A stretch of 64,000 nt of DNA, from NCBI GenBank assembly GCA_965267345.1, contig OZ253947.1:72662-136661 (forward strand), in the 5' to 3' direction. This stretch comes from Minisyncoccota bacterium (GTDB lineage: Bacteria; Patescibacteriota; Minisyncoccia; Phycocordibacterales; UBA2100). Position 1 is the first letter of the stretch, and every line of letters begins with the position of its first letter. The position numbers and the translations under genes are program-made. Under the pieces are notes generated by a model. The model had not been told where the DNA came from. It ran no database searches and was given only the letters and a program-made list of their open reading frames with translations. This document shows, one piece after another, positions 1 through 9,693 of the stretch.

Positions 1-889
1 CACGCTTGCCGACCAGTACGGGGCGCAGAAGATTATCCACGAGGCTTATGATGATACTGCCGACGGCGAGCACGACCACGCCTTCCCAAACACTGCCCGA
101 GATAATCAGCAGCGCACCGGCCGGTACCCACACAATGGCAGGGCCCACAGCTGGGATGAGGGCGAAAATGCCCATCACAAATGCCCACAAGACGGCACTT
201 GGTACACCGACAGCAGCAAAGAGGATACCGCCGATAATTGCTTGGATGATGGCGATAATGAAGGTGCCGCGGAACATCGCGCGTACGATGGTGACGAAGC
301 GTGCCGCGAGCATGCGCTCTTTCTTGTCGCCGAGTGGGAGTGCATGAATAACACGTTCCTTAAGTGCGACACCATCACGCAGGGCAAAGAAGAGTAAGTA
401 CAACGATACGCCAACACCGATAATCGTTGAGGCGGTTGCGCGCCCCGCATTAAGTAGCTCAGGGCCGAGTTGGGCGCTTACGTTCTGCACGACGCCCGTG
501 ATACGCGCTTCAATGTCAGCGGCAGTGATGCCCACAGGTTCAAGGAATGCCCCAAGCGTCTGCACGAGCACCGAAAGCCCTTCCCAGCTCACTGTTCCGC
601 TTGAGAGGCGTTCGTAGAGGTCAACTGCTTCGTGCACGACAAGGTAGCCGAGAATGTACGTCGGCACCAGTACAATTACTAGCACAAAGAGCATCGTCAG
701 TGTTGCCGCGAGCGAACCACGTTTCTTCGTCACGCGATAGAAGTATTCGTAGACCGGGTGGAACAGGATCGCGAGCACGATCGCCCAAAAAATCGGTTGC
801 AGGTAGTCGTGCACGAGCCAGCCGAACAGCGCAGTGGCACTGGCAATGAGGAAAATAAATAATCCTGTCTGCAGTGTTGAAAAATGCAT
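1..889 (-). CDS. AI-2E family transporter (PerM/YhhT-like), 3' partial; runs off the window edge
   Basis: Minus-strand frame from ATG at 889 translates to MHFSTLQTGLFIFLIASATALFGW...LIPAVGPAIVWVP..., a multi-TM AI-2E-type profile. The listed + strand ORFs here are low complexity. Confidence 0.75.
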   Translation of the reverse strand, partial: MHFSTLQTGLFIFLIASATALFGWLVHDYLQPIFWAIVLAILFHPVYEYFYRVTKKRGSLAATLTMLFVLVIVLVPTYILGYLVVHEAVDLYERLSSGTVSWEGLSVLVQTLGAFLEPVGITAADIEARITGVVQNVSAQLGPELLNAGRATASTIIGVGVSLYLLFFALRDGVALKERVIHALPLGDKKERMLAARFVTIVRAMFRGTFIIAIIQAIIGGILFAAVGVPSAVLWAFVMGIFALIPAVGPAIVWVPAGALLIISGSVWEGVVVLAVGSIIISLVDNLLRPVLVGKR

Positions 890-934
890 GTCTGTAATGG
901 TATATGCCGTTCCTAAAAAGTCTAGTCGTGGGGC

Positions 935-1693
935 TTAGTACTCGTTGCGCAGTGGTGCGCGTTTGACGATCTCAAGTACTTCGTCTTCGTCATCGGTGAC
1001 GCGATACAGCTCTAAGTCTTCAGGCGAGACCGTTTTGTACTCATCGCGCAGCAGGGTGGCATTAAGCTCGTGCACTCGACTCCAGTAGTCTGCGCCAACA
1101 CAGATAATCGGTACGCGCGGAATCTTACGCGTCTGCACAAGTGTGAGAATTTCATAAAACTCATCGAGGGTACCAAGACCGCCGGGAAAGAAGATGTAGG
1201 CTTCAGCAGAAAAGGCGAGCGCCACTTTACGGGTGAAGAAGTAGTGAAAGTTGACGCCATGCGTCACGTGCTCGTTGATAACTTGCTCCATTGGTAATTC
1301 AATGTTAAAGCCGACCGCATTATTGCAGCTTGCCTTTGAGCCGTCGTTGCCGGCTGCCATAATGCCGGGGCCACCACCGGTAATAACCGCGTAGCCTTCT
1401 TTGCAGATGCGCGCTGAAATGCGCTTTGCGCGTTGATAGTCGGGGTGCTCGGGAGTAAAGCGCGCCGAGCCAAAAAACGTCACCGACTTAGGGAACTTTT
1501 TGATGGCATGGAAGGCATTGAGGAGTTCATCTTCGACGCGCGCCGCGCGTTCGTGTAGCATTTTTTCAATGACGCTGTCGACGGGCTGAGAGAATACGCT
1601 CGCGTCGTAGCAAATGTTGCGCTTCTTCGGGTTAGTCTGAATTTCAAATTCTTGTGCCTCATCAACGACAGGGTGGGAGTATTTCTCGCTCAT
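935..1693 (-). CDS. LOG family protein (cytokinin riboside 5'-monophosphate phosphoribohydrolase-like, Rossmann fold)
   Basis: ITGGGPGIMAAGN and PGGLGTLDEFYE motifs typical of the LOG/YvdD family. Confidence 0.85.
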   Translation of the reverse strand: MSEKYSHPVVDEAQEFEIQTNPKKRNICYDASVFSQPVDSVIEKMLHERAARVEDELLNAFHAIKKFPKSVTFFGSARFTPEHPDYQRAKRISARICKEGYAVITGGGPGIMAAGNDGSKASCNNAVGFNIELPMEQVINEHVTHGVNFHYFFTRKVALAFSAEAYIFFPGGLGTLDEFYEILTLVQTRKIPRVPIICVGADYWSRVHELNATLLRDEYKTVSPEDLELYRVTDDEDEVLEIVKRAPLRNEY

Positions 1694-1753
1694 GCGCCCA
1701 TTATACACGTCGGCATGACACTCCGCACTGCACCCTGGTGGTATGATGAAGAT

Positions 1754-2275
1754 ATGCGCCGCATTACCTCACACGATCCACTGCAAGACGGGTACACGTA
1801 CACTTGCACTGAACCAATCGGTAAACACTTTGCCGACTTTGCGCCTGAACTCACTCCGCGCGAAATGCTCGAATTGGGCGTATTCGGTGGGGTGTACTTT
1901 CACTGTGACGGAAACGGCGAACAGGCAATTGCTGAGTACCCAGCAGCTTGGTTTGCCGATGCGCGCATCGCAAAGGACGGGTGCGAGCACATTGAGTACA
2001 ACTTTTTCACGGTACACGCTTCGCAGCCACGTCGCGTGTGGCGCGAGAAGGGATGGATCCACGAAGACGACCCACGTGGCTGGGTGCAGTGGTACTTCCG
2101 CTACTACCTAGGCCGGCGCATGCCCGAAGAGGATGAGCGTCAGATTGGTCGGTGGTACGCATTTCGCCGACACGCTGCGCAAGTACGGAATAATTGCGAA
2201 CCGCGCGACTACGCGTGTCGTCCGAAGCAACGACAGGCGCTGCTGCACTGGGCGTACGACAGTCGCGCTATGTAG
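1754..2275 (+). CDS. hypothetical protein (W/Y/R-rich; GWVQWYFRYYLGRR)
   Basis: Long ORF. Start chosen at MRRITSHDP to avoid a head-to-head overlap with the LOG gene. No family recognised. Confidence 0.5.
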   Translation: MRRITSHDPLQDGYTYTCTEPIGKHFADFAPELTPREMLELGVFGGVYFHCDGNGEQAIAEYPAAWFADARIAKDGCEHIEYNFFTVHASQPRRVWREKGWIHEDDPRGWVQWYFRYYLGRRMPEEDERQIGRWYAFRRHAAQVRNNCEPRDYACRPKQRQALLHWAYDSRAM

Positions 2276-2749
2276 CTAGTTGAGCATCCAGATGCCGTAG
2301 TTGAGGTAGCCGGCAAATAACACCCACAGCAGGTAGGGGAGCAGCAAGAGTCCGGCGACTTTGTGAACCCGCCAGAATACGACGATGGTTGCCACGATAA
2401 ATACGGCAAGCACGACGAGCTCAACAAAGGCAATACTCGGCATCTGCAGTCCGAAAAACAGAAATGACCAGCCGGCGTTAAGGAGCAGTTGCGCGCCGTA
2501 CACGATAAGTGCCGTGCGTGCCAGTGGGTGCGTGTGCCGTTTTTCCCACACGAGCCATGCGGCGAGCCCCATCAGTGCGTACAGGGTGATCCACACCGGT
2601 CCGAAGACCCAGTTTGGTGGTGCCAATAGTGGTCGCTCAAGCGTGGCGTACCACGTTGCTACACTCTGGGCGGTGAAAATCGAGCCGACGAGGCCGGCAG
2701 CCTGTGCGATACCGATTGAAATGAGTGCGTAGAGGAAGCGCATACGCAC
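2276..2749 (-). CDS. tspO: TspO/MBR family tryptophan-rich sensory protein
   Basis: About 155 aa with 5 TM segments and Trp-rich motifs (NWVFGPVWITLY, LLNAGWSFLFF). Confidence 0.85.
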   Translation of the reverse strand: MRMRFLYALISIGIAQAAGLVGSIFTAQSVATWYATLERPLLAPPNWVFGPVWITLYALMGLAAWLVWEKRHTHPLARTALIVYGAQLLLNAGWSFLFFGLQMPSIAFVELVVLAVFIVATIVVFWRVHKVAGLLLLPYLLWVLFAGYLNYGIWMLN

Positions 2750-2768
2750 ATGCTAGCACAACACATGC

Positions 2769-2797
2769 AAAAAAGACCCGCTCGCGGGTCTTTTTTG
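2769..2797 (-). terminator. rho-independent terminator (bidirectional hairpin gacccgctcgcgggtc flanked by A6 and T6)
   Basis: GC stem plus T-run on both strands; lies downstream of the minus-strand gene 2820-3014. Confidence 0.7.
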
Positions 2798-2819
2798 TAG
2801 ATATCTTCCAGGCTATGCG

Positions 2820-3014
2820 CTAGCGTACCATTTTTGGTGACTGGACAGCCACGTACAGAGCTGCGAGACCAACCAGTACGTAGACAACACGTGAAAGTGA
2901 GGTCATGTCGCCAAAGAGCATCGAGACCAAGTTGTAGTCAAACGCTCCGACGAGTCCCCAGTTGAGACCGCCGACAACGACAAGAACTACGGCAAGCCAA
3001 TTGACTGCTTTCAT
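2820..3014 (-). CDS. DUF378-like small membrane protein
   Basis: 64 aa, two TM segments, GGLNWGLVG motif. Confidence 0.65.
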   Translation of the reverse strand: MKAVNWLAVVLVVVGGLNWGLVGAFDYNLVSMLFGDMTSLSRVVYVLVGLAALYVAVQSPKMVR

Positions 3015-3158
3015 ATGTGAATAGATGATGTTAGACGTATGAATAAATATTCGACGCTCCCTTTATTATACTGCGTTACAAAAACGCACGATTGACAGTG
3101 TGTGGATAATGTTTCGGAGAGAGGAAAAACCCGCGGACGTGAGCCCGCGGGTGTATTG

Positions 3159-3404
3159 TTAGAAGATCAGCAGTGCCGCCACGATCATGATTGCGATCTG
3201 CGCCACTCGCTCGGGGACGTATGCCACGATAGGCACCGTGCCGCTTTGTTTCGCGAGCAGGTAGACTTGATGCATGAGCGGACAGGTGAACCACCACAGA
3301 AAGAGCACCATGCCGATCACGGGGTCGTACAAGAAACACCCCACGAAGGCAATCACTGTTCCTACACACATCAGTGCGTAGCGTGCTTCAACACTCACTG
3401 TCAT
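3159..3404 (-). CDS. small membrane protein (hypothetical)
   Basis: GGAGG Shine-Dalgarno sequence 7 nt before ATG (MTVSVEARY...); two predicted TM segments. Confidence 0.5.
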   Translation of the reverse strand: MTVSVEARYALMCVGTVIAFVGCFLYDPVIGMVLFLWWFTCPLMHQVYLLAKQSGTVPIVAYVPERVAQIAIMIVAALLIF

Positions 3405-3561
3405 TGCTGTACCTCCAGAGTCCAGCGGTTGATCTGCGATGAGTATAGTCCGGAAATGCACGTACGCAAACCTGCCCCACCTTCCTTCCCGCGTAAGGGC
3501 GGTCCTCGTGCACAAGGACCGCCCTTGTATAGTGTTGGTGTAGTATAAAACCACACAATGT

Positions 3562-3590
3562 ATAAAAGCTCGGCTTAAACCGAGCTTTAT
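3562..3590 (-). terminator. terminator hairpin downstream of tmRNA (aaagctcgg...ccgagcttt followed by TTTTAT on the minus strand)
   Basis: 9 bp stem plus U-tract immediately 3' of the tmRNA end. Confidence 0.6.
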
Positions 3591-3596
3591 AACGTG

Positions 3597-3984
3597 TGGA
3601 GGTGGGGGAGACGAATCCCCGTCCATGAGAATCTCCATATATACGTCTACGAAATCTAGTCCATTTTCTGAGTTTAAACACGATGTGTTTGAAATGGACA
3701 AAATCACATCATGTCGATCCCCATCGATTTAAAAGCAGTGGTGAGGAAACCACGTCTTCGAGTCCGAAAGTGTGACACCGCTATTTTCAATATCGGACGT
3801 CATGAGAAGCGATGGTCGCTTAGGCTACTGCGTAAGCGAAGCCGAAATCCTTTGCCTGAATTGGGCTTAGAATTCCGCGTGCAGTTTTAGATGCACCTAT
3901 TGGGTTGAGAAGTTGATACGGCAGTCTTCTCACTGCCATTTCGCATATATACCGAGCATTCACTGTCGAAACATAGTCACCCCC
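3597..3984 (-). ncRNA. ssrA: tmRNA (SsrA)
   Basis: Minus strand starts GGGGGTGACTATGTTTCGACAG and ends GGACGGGGATTCGTCTCCCCCACCTCCA. The 7 bp acceptor stem (GGGGGTG / CACCTCC) has a G3-U70 wobble, the alanine identity element. T-arm-like 3' end. Internal frame GCA AAG GAT TTC GGC TTC GCT TAC GCA GTA GCC TAA is a candidate tag (AKDFGFAYAVA). Directly adjacent to smpB. Confidence 0.8.
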
Positions 3985-4063
3985 CGCCGCTAATTCAGTA
4001 CTGAATGAGTGGCGGCGAGAGACTATGTACTATGTGTGGGTTGTCAAGGAACAGGTGCGCAGT

Positions 4064-4507
4064 TTACCCGCGTTTCATCTGTCGTTCAATGCTTCGCTTG
4101 GTTTCGCGCTCCTTTATGGTTTCGCGCTTGTCGCGTTTCTTTTTGCCGCGGGCAAGCGCAAAACCCAACTTCAGCTTTCTGTTTTTATTATACAACGATA
4201 GTGGCACTAGTGTCAAACCCTGCTGAGTGTCTGCTCCGGCAAGTTCAGCGAGTTCTTTTTTCGTGAGCAGTAGGCGCCGAACGCGCTCAGGATTGTACGT
4301 CTCAGGCACATTTGCTGCCTGATAGGCAGGAATTGAGGCACCAACCAAAAACGCCTCACCGCCGCGAACGAGCACGTGTGCTCCGGCGAGGTTACCGCGT
4401 TTCCCGCGCAGCGCTTTTACTTCGGTGCCGAGCAGTTCAATGCCAGCTTCAAACTCTTTGAGCAGCTGAAAATCAAAGCGCGCGCGTTTGTTTTCAATCA
4501 ATGCCAT
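4064..4507 (-). CDS. smpB: SsrA-binding protein SmpB
   Basis: MALIENKRARFDFQLLKEFEAGIELLGTEVKALR... is a canonical SmpB N-terminus. Confidence 0.9.
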   Translation of the reverse strand: MALIENKRARFDFQLLKEFEAGIELLGTEVKALRGKRGNLAGAHVLVRGGEAFLVGASIPAYQAANVPETYNPERVRRLLLTKKELAELAGADTQQGLTLVPLSLYNKNRKLKLGFALARGKKKRDKRETIKERETKRSIERQMKRG

Positions 4508-4598
4508 AAGCACCTCTACTATACACATTTATGGCCGTACTGTCCCTGTGCGCAGGTGTCGTGCGAGGTAGGGGAAGCTGTGGTACAGTTGGGAAACT

Positions 4599-6599
4599 AT
4601 GGATAGGAACAAAACCACTGTCAACCTGCAGGCACGCAAACAGTCGGGCAAGCAGGCACCAAAAAAGAAAGGTCAGAAGAAGCGCGCGAAGGGGCCGCTT
4701 GGTGATATGCCGCATATGCCCGAGAACAACTTTTGGATGCAAATGGCCATCACGTTTGTGGTGTTTTTGCTGTTGCTCTCTGGCTACACAACGGTTGTCA
4801 ATCTTTTTGAAGAAAAAAATGAAATTTCACTCACACAACTCACGAGTGATATTAACGCCGGTTTAGTCAGTAGCATTGATGTCAGCGGCAACACCATTGA
4901 AGCAACGTATCCGGCACCCGAAGAGGGCACTGAGCCAATCGTCAAAGAGTCACAGAAAGAAACCGAAAGCTCACTTACTGAAACATTAACGAATTACGGT
5001 GTTAGCCCTGAGGCGCTGACCGCGGTAAATCTCACTATCAGCGATCCGAGCGGTTTTCGCTACTGGTTTATAACCCTGGCGCCGCTCTTGCTCCCGCTGA
5101 TTATTATTATCGCGATCATTTGGTATCTGTCGCGACAGGTGCGTGGTGCAGGTGTGCAGGCATTCTCATTTGGACAGAGCAAGGCACGCATTATTGACCC
5201 GAGCGACACCAAGCAGCGCGTGGTTTTCGACGATGTGGCGGGTGCTAAAGAGGCAAAAGAGGAACTGTACGAAATTGTTGACTTCCTCAAGAATCCGAAA
5301 AAGTTTATTCAAATTGGGGCGCGTATTCCGAAAGGTGTGATGCTGATGGGTGCGCCCGGCACCGGAAAGACGCTCTTGGCCCGCGCCGTCGCGGGTGAAG
5401 CGAATGTGCCGTTCTTCATTATTTCCGGTTCTGAATTTGTCGAGATGTTCGTTGGTGTTGGTGCGAGCCGCGTGCGCGATTTGTTCAAGATGGCAAAGAA
5501 GGTTGCGCCGGCCATCGTCTTTATTGATGAAATTGATGCGGTCGGACGGGTGCGTGGCACCGGTGTCGGCGGCGGTAACGACGAGCGCGAACAAACACTC
5601 AACCAGATTCTCGTTGAGATGGACGGGTTTGAGCCGAATGAAAAAGTAATCGTTATGGCGGCAACGAACCGTCCCGACGTACTCGATCCGGCGCTGCTGC
5701 GTCCGGGGCGTTTCGACCGTCGCGTTACGATCGACCTGCCCGATCGCGACGACCGCGAGAGTATTCTGAAAATTCATGCACGCAAAAAGCCGATGGGCGA
5801 GGATGTGAACTTGCGCGTCATTGCCGAGCGTACACCCGGATTCTCCGGTGCCGACCTCTCAAACTTAATGAACGAAGCCGCTATCTTGGCAGCACGCGAA
5901 GATCGCAAGGAAATCACGCAGTATGACCTCATACGTTCGATCGAGAAAGTGATGCTCGGCCCTGAGCGTAAGAGCCACGTATTGAATAAGCGCGAAAAGG
6001 AAATTACTGCCTACCATGAGGGTGGGCACGCACTGGTGGCGTCGATACTCCCATACGCTGATCCTGTACACAAAATATCGGTCATCAGCCGTGGCCGCGC
6101 TGCCGGCTACACGCTTAAGTTGCCGTTTGAGGATCGCAAGATGCAGTCGAAGCGTGAATTCCTCGACGACATTGCCGTGTCACTCGGTGGCTACGTTGCC
6201 GAAAAAATGATCTTTGATGACGTCACCACCGGCCCGTCGAACGACCTGCAGGTGCTGACGAACATCGCTCGCAACATGGTGACCCGCTGGGGTATGTCAG
6301 AGAAATTAGGCACCGTTGCACTTGCCGGCGACGATGGCAAAACACTCTACGGCAGCGGTGTGTATGGCCGCGAGTACTCGGAGAAAGTGTCGGCTGATAT
6401 TGATGCTGAGGTGAAAGCGATCATTAACGACGCCTACAAACGTGCCGAAGATATTCTCACGAAGCACCGTGGCGCACTGGACGCGATTGCTGCACGCCTG
6501 ATTGAAGTGGAAACACTTGAACGCGATGACTTTGAGGACCTGCTGCGCGAGCACAACATCACCCCCAAAAAGAAAGAAGACATTGAACATCAGAGCTAA
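4599..6599 (+). CDS. ftsH: ATP-dependent zinc metalloprotease FtsH
   Basis: AAA Walker A motif GAPGTGKT, second region of homology, HEGGH zinc motif, N-terminal TM segments. Confidence 0.95.
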   Translation: MDRNKTTVNLQARKQSGKQAPKKKGQKKRAKGPLGDMPHMPENNFWMQMAITFVVFLLLLSGYTTVVNLFEEKNEISLTQLTSDINAGLVSSIDVSGNTIEATYPAPEEGTEPIVKESQKETESSLTETLTNYGVSPEALTAVNLTISDPSGFRYWFITLAPLLLPLIIIIAIIWYLSRQVRGAGVQAFSFGQSKARIIDPSDTKQRVVFDDVAGAKEAKEELYEIVDFLKNPKKFIQIGARIPKGVMLMGAPGTGKTLLARAVAGEANVPFFIISGSEFVEMFVGVGASRVRDLFKMAKKVAPAIVFIDEIDAVGRVRGTGVGGGNDEREQTLNQILVEMDGFEPNEKVIVMAATNRPDVLDPALLRPGRFDRRVTIDLPDRDDRESILKIHARKKPMGEDVNLRVIAERTPGFSGADLSNLMNEAAILAAREDRKEITQYDLIRSIEKVMLGPERKSHVLNKREKEITAYHEGGHALVASILPYADPVHKISVISRGRAAGYTLKLPFEDRKMQSKREFLDDIAVSLGGYVAEKMIFDDVTTGPSNDLQVLTNIARNMVTRWGMSEKLGTVALAGDDGKTLYGSGVYGREYSEKVSADIDAEVKAIINDAYKRAEDILTKHRGALDAIAARLIEVETLERDDFEDLLREHNITPKKKEDIEHQS

Positions 6600-6605
6600 T
6601 GACCT

Positions 6606-7643
6606 ATGGGTATCGAGAGTGCAGAAGGAGGGCGACGTATCGACACGTTTGCGCCTAAGGTCGTTCTCCATACTGAAGAGCCGCTCTTAGATGCGTCTAT
6701 CGAATTGCTGGTTACCGGTACGCCGCATACCGATGAGTTAGACGCTGCGCTCATGCACGCTGGCGGCGATGAACCAAAGTTCGTGTCGCGCATTGAACGT
6801 GCACGTCCATCCATTGAGCAATTCATCGCACGCATTGAAGCGCGCTTTGAAAAAGGTCGCGGATATCGTGCCGGTATTCGTGATGCATTGCGCTTCATGC
6901 TCAAACTGCACGCCGATCAAGGTGATCGCTATGATTCCGGTGAGCCATTTGTGACACATCCACTCGCAGTTGCTACCGATACGCTGCGTATGATGGGGAA
7001 ACGCGAGGACGCATGGCATGCGTGTATTGCGGCACTGTTGCATGACAGTGTCGAAGATCACGCGCGATGGATTAAACTTGAACGCCAACTTTTGTTAGAT
7101 GATTCGGAGGAGAGCCATGTGCCCTATGAGATTCCTCAGGAAGAAGAAACTGAGGAAGAACAGAGGCAGCGTATCAAAAAGCGTGAGCGCGCAGAAGCAC
7201 TCGCTGGTTTGCAGGCACTCTTCGATGCACGTATACGATATTTGGTAAACCGAGTGAGTACGCCGCTCAAAGAAGCAGAATACGAGAACCTGTCACAGAA
7301 TGAAAAAAATGCGATCTACACGCGTTTCATTGAAAAGATTTTTGCTGAGGAGGATGGCGATGTCGTGCCTGCAGTCATTAAATGGGCTGATTTGAAACAA
7401 AATGCACTGACTATTGGGCACATTCGCGAACGCGCGCGCCTCCTGCGCGAGCAGGGTGCGGATAACAAGGCGGAGGAGCTTGAGCGTTTCTATGAAAAAG
7501 TAAAGGTTAAGTATGCACCCGCGCTTGAGGTAGTACGGCAGTTTTTCGTCGAACTCACGAATGGAGAGCACCCACTGTTTGCAGAAAAAGAACGGGCACT
7601 TACAGACCTAAGAGCAGTGCTTACCAAAGAGTACGACGCTTGA
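6606..7643 (+). CDS. HD-domain protein, RelA/SpoT-type (p)ppGpp hydrolase-like
   Basis: FVTHPLAVA...ALLHDSVED matches the HD motif of the RelA/SpoT hydrolase domain; C-terminal charged/coiled region. Confidence 0.65.
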   Translation: MGIESAEGGRRIDTFAPKVVLHTEEPLLDASIELLVTGTPHTDELDAALMHAGGDEPKFVSRIERARPSIEQFIARIEARFEKGRGYRAGIRDALRFMLKLHADQGDRYDSGEPFVTHPLAVATDTLRMMGKREDAWHACIAALLHDSVEDHARWIKLERQLLLDDSEESHVPYEIPQEEETEEEQRQRIKKRERAEALAGLQALFDARIRYLVNRVSTPLKEAEYENLSQNEKNAIYTRFIEKIFAEEDGDVVPAVIKWADLKQNALTIGHIRERARLLREQGADNKAEELERFYEKVKVKYAPALEVVRQFFVELTNGEHPLFAEKERALTDLRAVLTKEYDA

Positions 7644-7677
7644 TATTGCGCCGCCGACTCTCTAGTATGTATTTCGA

Positions 7678-7751
7678 CCGCCCTTAGCTCAGTTGGTAAG
7701 AGCTCGGAGCTTATATCTCCGCGGTCCCAGGTTCGAGTCCTGGAGGGCGGA
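7678..7751 (+). tRNA. tRNA-Ile (anticodon UAU)
   Basis: Cloverleaf: acceptor CCGCCCT/AGGGCGG, U8 A9, D-arm GCTC-AGTTGGTAA-GAGC, anticodon stem CGGAG/CTCCG with loop CTTATAT, T-arm CCAGG-TTCGAGT-CCTGG, discriminator A. No CCA encoded. Confidence 0.75.
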
Positions 7752-7782
7752 CAGGGCATTTACGTTAGTTGCTTTAAACAGA

Positions 7783-7806
7783 GGTGTCTCGATTAATCGA
7801 GACACC
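7783..7806. promoter_or_regulatory. palindrome GGTGTCTCGATTAATCGAGACACC (first of two)
   Basis: Perfect 10 bp inverted repeat around a TTAA centre. Confidence 0.5.
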
Positions 7807-7845
7807 CGCGGTGTAGTGCCACACAGTGATCTGCCGGTGCTCTCA

Positions 7846-7867
7846 GTGTTTCGATTAATCGAAACAC
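7846..7867. promoter_or_regulatory. palindrome GTGTTTCGATTAATCGAAACAC (second of two; same TCGATTAATCGA core with a compensatory C:G to T:A change)
   Basis: Seen in sequence 40 bp after the first copy and upstream of the small gene at 7933. Confidence 0.5.
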
Positions 7868-7932
7868 ACACAGGCACCCCCTGTTGTGTTTTGGCTACAT
7901 ATGGTATAGCTAGTGACGAAAGGAGGGGAGAC

Positions 7933-8139
7933 ATGTGTGAACAACTTGTTTCTGTAATTCTTTCAGGTCTGTGCTTGCTGACACTTTTCGCTCTCGGCTT
8001 TTTTCTTGTGATGGAGGTGCATATAGCTGCCGGCTTTGCCGTAGCAGCAACAGCGTGGTGCCTCTGGGTGGTGATGACGATCTTCTGCATTCCGCCTATC
8101 ATATTTAGAATCCGAGGGCGATGGTTTCGGCTGTCGTAA
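7933..8139 (+). CDS. small hydrophobic membrane protein (hypothetical)
   Basis: RBS AAAGGAGGGGAGAC before ATG; 68 aa, two TM helices. Confidence 0.45.
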   Translation: MCEQLVSVILSGLCLLTLFALGFFLVMEVHIAAGFAVAATAWCLWVVMTIFCIPPIIFRIRGRWFRLS

Positions 8140-8231
8140 GATCTGTAGCAGGCCGCCACACTCGTGTGGCGGCCTTTCTATATCCACGAGGCACGCTTTT
8201 TCGCGTGCACCCACCGCGGTACTATTGGCTT

Positions 8232-9689
8232 ATGGAACGGCGACGCTTGTTCGTAACTATTCTTATGCTCGTGCTCTTTGTAAGTGCGGGCGCCCCGTTC
8301 GTGGCACGCGCGGCAACTGCTGAGGAACTGCGTGCACAAATTGCCGATATTCTCGCCGAAATCAACTACCTGCGCACGCAGCTCAATGCCGTGAGTGCGG
8401 GGCAGCAGGCGGGTACGACAACCGCCGAGCAACCGAGCTACACGGTTGGCTCAGCACGCGCGTCACAGGCGGCTACCTTTCAATACAGTCGCTGTCCTGA
8501 CCTGCAGTTCGACCTTGAGCGCGGTGATGTGAATGCAGATGTTGCCGAAGAGGTAAGTATGCTCCAGCGGTTTCTGTCGCAAGACTCCAGCATCTATCCT
8601 GAAGGAGAAATAACGGGGTACTTCGGGCCGGCAACCGAGCGTGCGGTGCAGCGTTTTCAGGAACGTCACGGCATTGTCGCACGAGGTGACTACCAGTCGA
8701 CGGGCTACGGCCGCGTCGGTCCGCGCACCCGATGGGCAATCAAAAACTCGTGCGACTCATCGCTGGCACCACAAAGCCAAGCACCCACATCACCCGACCC
8801 ACTCGACGAATTTGTGGTGACGAGTACATCAGGGTCGAGTTCACGCACCACGTATGCACCGGTCGGCGGTGTGCAGACGAGCGGCGGTCCCTCAACGTGC
8901 TTTGTGCAACCCGACCGCGGTACGGCGCCTCTGACCGTACGCGCCCGACTACTCCTTGGCGGCTCACTGTGTGACGGCGATCTCACCTACCAAATTGATT
9001 GGGGTGATGGCTCCACGTCCTCGCCGCGTGTGTGTAGCGACACGAATCAACACTACGAACAGCTAACGCACACCTACCTTGTGCCCGCCGTATACCCCGC
9101 ACGTCTTATACAGTCACATCCGAATGCACAGTTTGCCGACCGCTCATGTTCGGTCACGGTAGCAGCGGTTCCCGAATCCAATGACGGCACCATTACCGGC
9201 CAGTGTCGCAGCTGGACGGACGGGTGTAACACATGCTCACGCGACTATGAAAACGGTCCCGCGCGCTGTACGGAACGGTACTGCACGCAGTACGGGGCAC
9301 AGCAGTGCTACGAGTATTTCCCCGCATCGGCAGGAGCAACGGGCGACACGCTCCGCGTGCGCGTGATCAGTAAGGCATCGGGCATTATGGAATTCACGGC
9401 ACGCATCAATGTCGCCAACAGCTGCGACGGCGGTGTGTATAAAATTTACTTTGGTGACGGAGAATCATCAGTGCAACCATTGGCTCCGGGTGCGTGTCAG
9501 GCATTTGAGCGCACGGTGCGCCACACGTATGCTAACTCCGGCACTTACTCAGCCTTTCTCGTAAAAGACGACGTCGAAGTTGACCGTATCACTGTGGTTA
9601 TTAGCGACACGACCTCATCGGCAGGACACAGCAACGTCGCGAGTGTCATCGTCGCTATTGAAGAGTTTATTCGTTCACTATTTCGCTAG
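8232..9689 (+). CDS. secreted protein with coiled coil, peptidoglycan-binding domain and PKD-like repeats
   Basis: Signal peptide MERRRLFVTILMLVLFVSAGAPFVARA. PG_binding_1-like segment (RFLSQ...GYFGPATERAVQRFQERHGI). Repeats of the form C..Y.IDWGDGS....HTY...G.Y. Confidence 0.75.
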   Translation: MERRRLFVTILMLVLFVSAGAPFVARAATAEELRAQIADILAEINYLRTQLNAVSAGQQAGTTTAEQPSYTVGSARASQAATFQYSRCPDLQFDLERGDVNADVAEEVSMLQRFLSQDSSIYPEGEITGYFGPATERAVQRFQERHGIVARGDYQSTGYGRVGPRTRWAIKNSCDSSLAPQSQAPTSPDPLDEFVVTSTSGSSSRTTYAPVGGVQTSGGPSTCFVQPDRGTAPLTVRARLLLGGSLCDGDLTYQIDWGDGSTSSPRVCSDTNQHYEQLTHTYLVPAVYPARLIQSHPNAQFADRSCSVTVAAVPESNDGTITGQCRSWTDGCNTCSRDYENGPARCTERYCTQYGAQQCYEYFPASAGATGDTLRVRVISKASGIMEFTARINVANSCDGGVYKIYFGDGESSVQPLAPGACQAFERTVRHTYANSGTYSAFLVKDDVEVDRITVVISDTTSSAGHSNVASVIVAIEEFIRSLFR

Positions 9690-9693
9690 TATG

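Noticed and set aside
6-849. Plus-strand ORFs at 6-347 and 547-849 (and minus 175-450) at the window start.
   Set aside because: They have low-complexity composition. The minus-strand frame starting at ATG 889 gives a convincing multi-TM AI-2E transporter, so these are shadow ORFs of a high-GC gene.
5166-5777. Large antisense ORFs inside ftsH, recG, ligA, gatA and pyrG (e.g. 5166-5777 -, 12692-13336 +, 32979-33452 -).
   Set aside because: These are typical antisense or shadow ORFs in about 58% GC DNA. They have no motifs and overlap well-supported genes.
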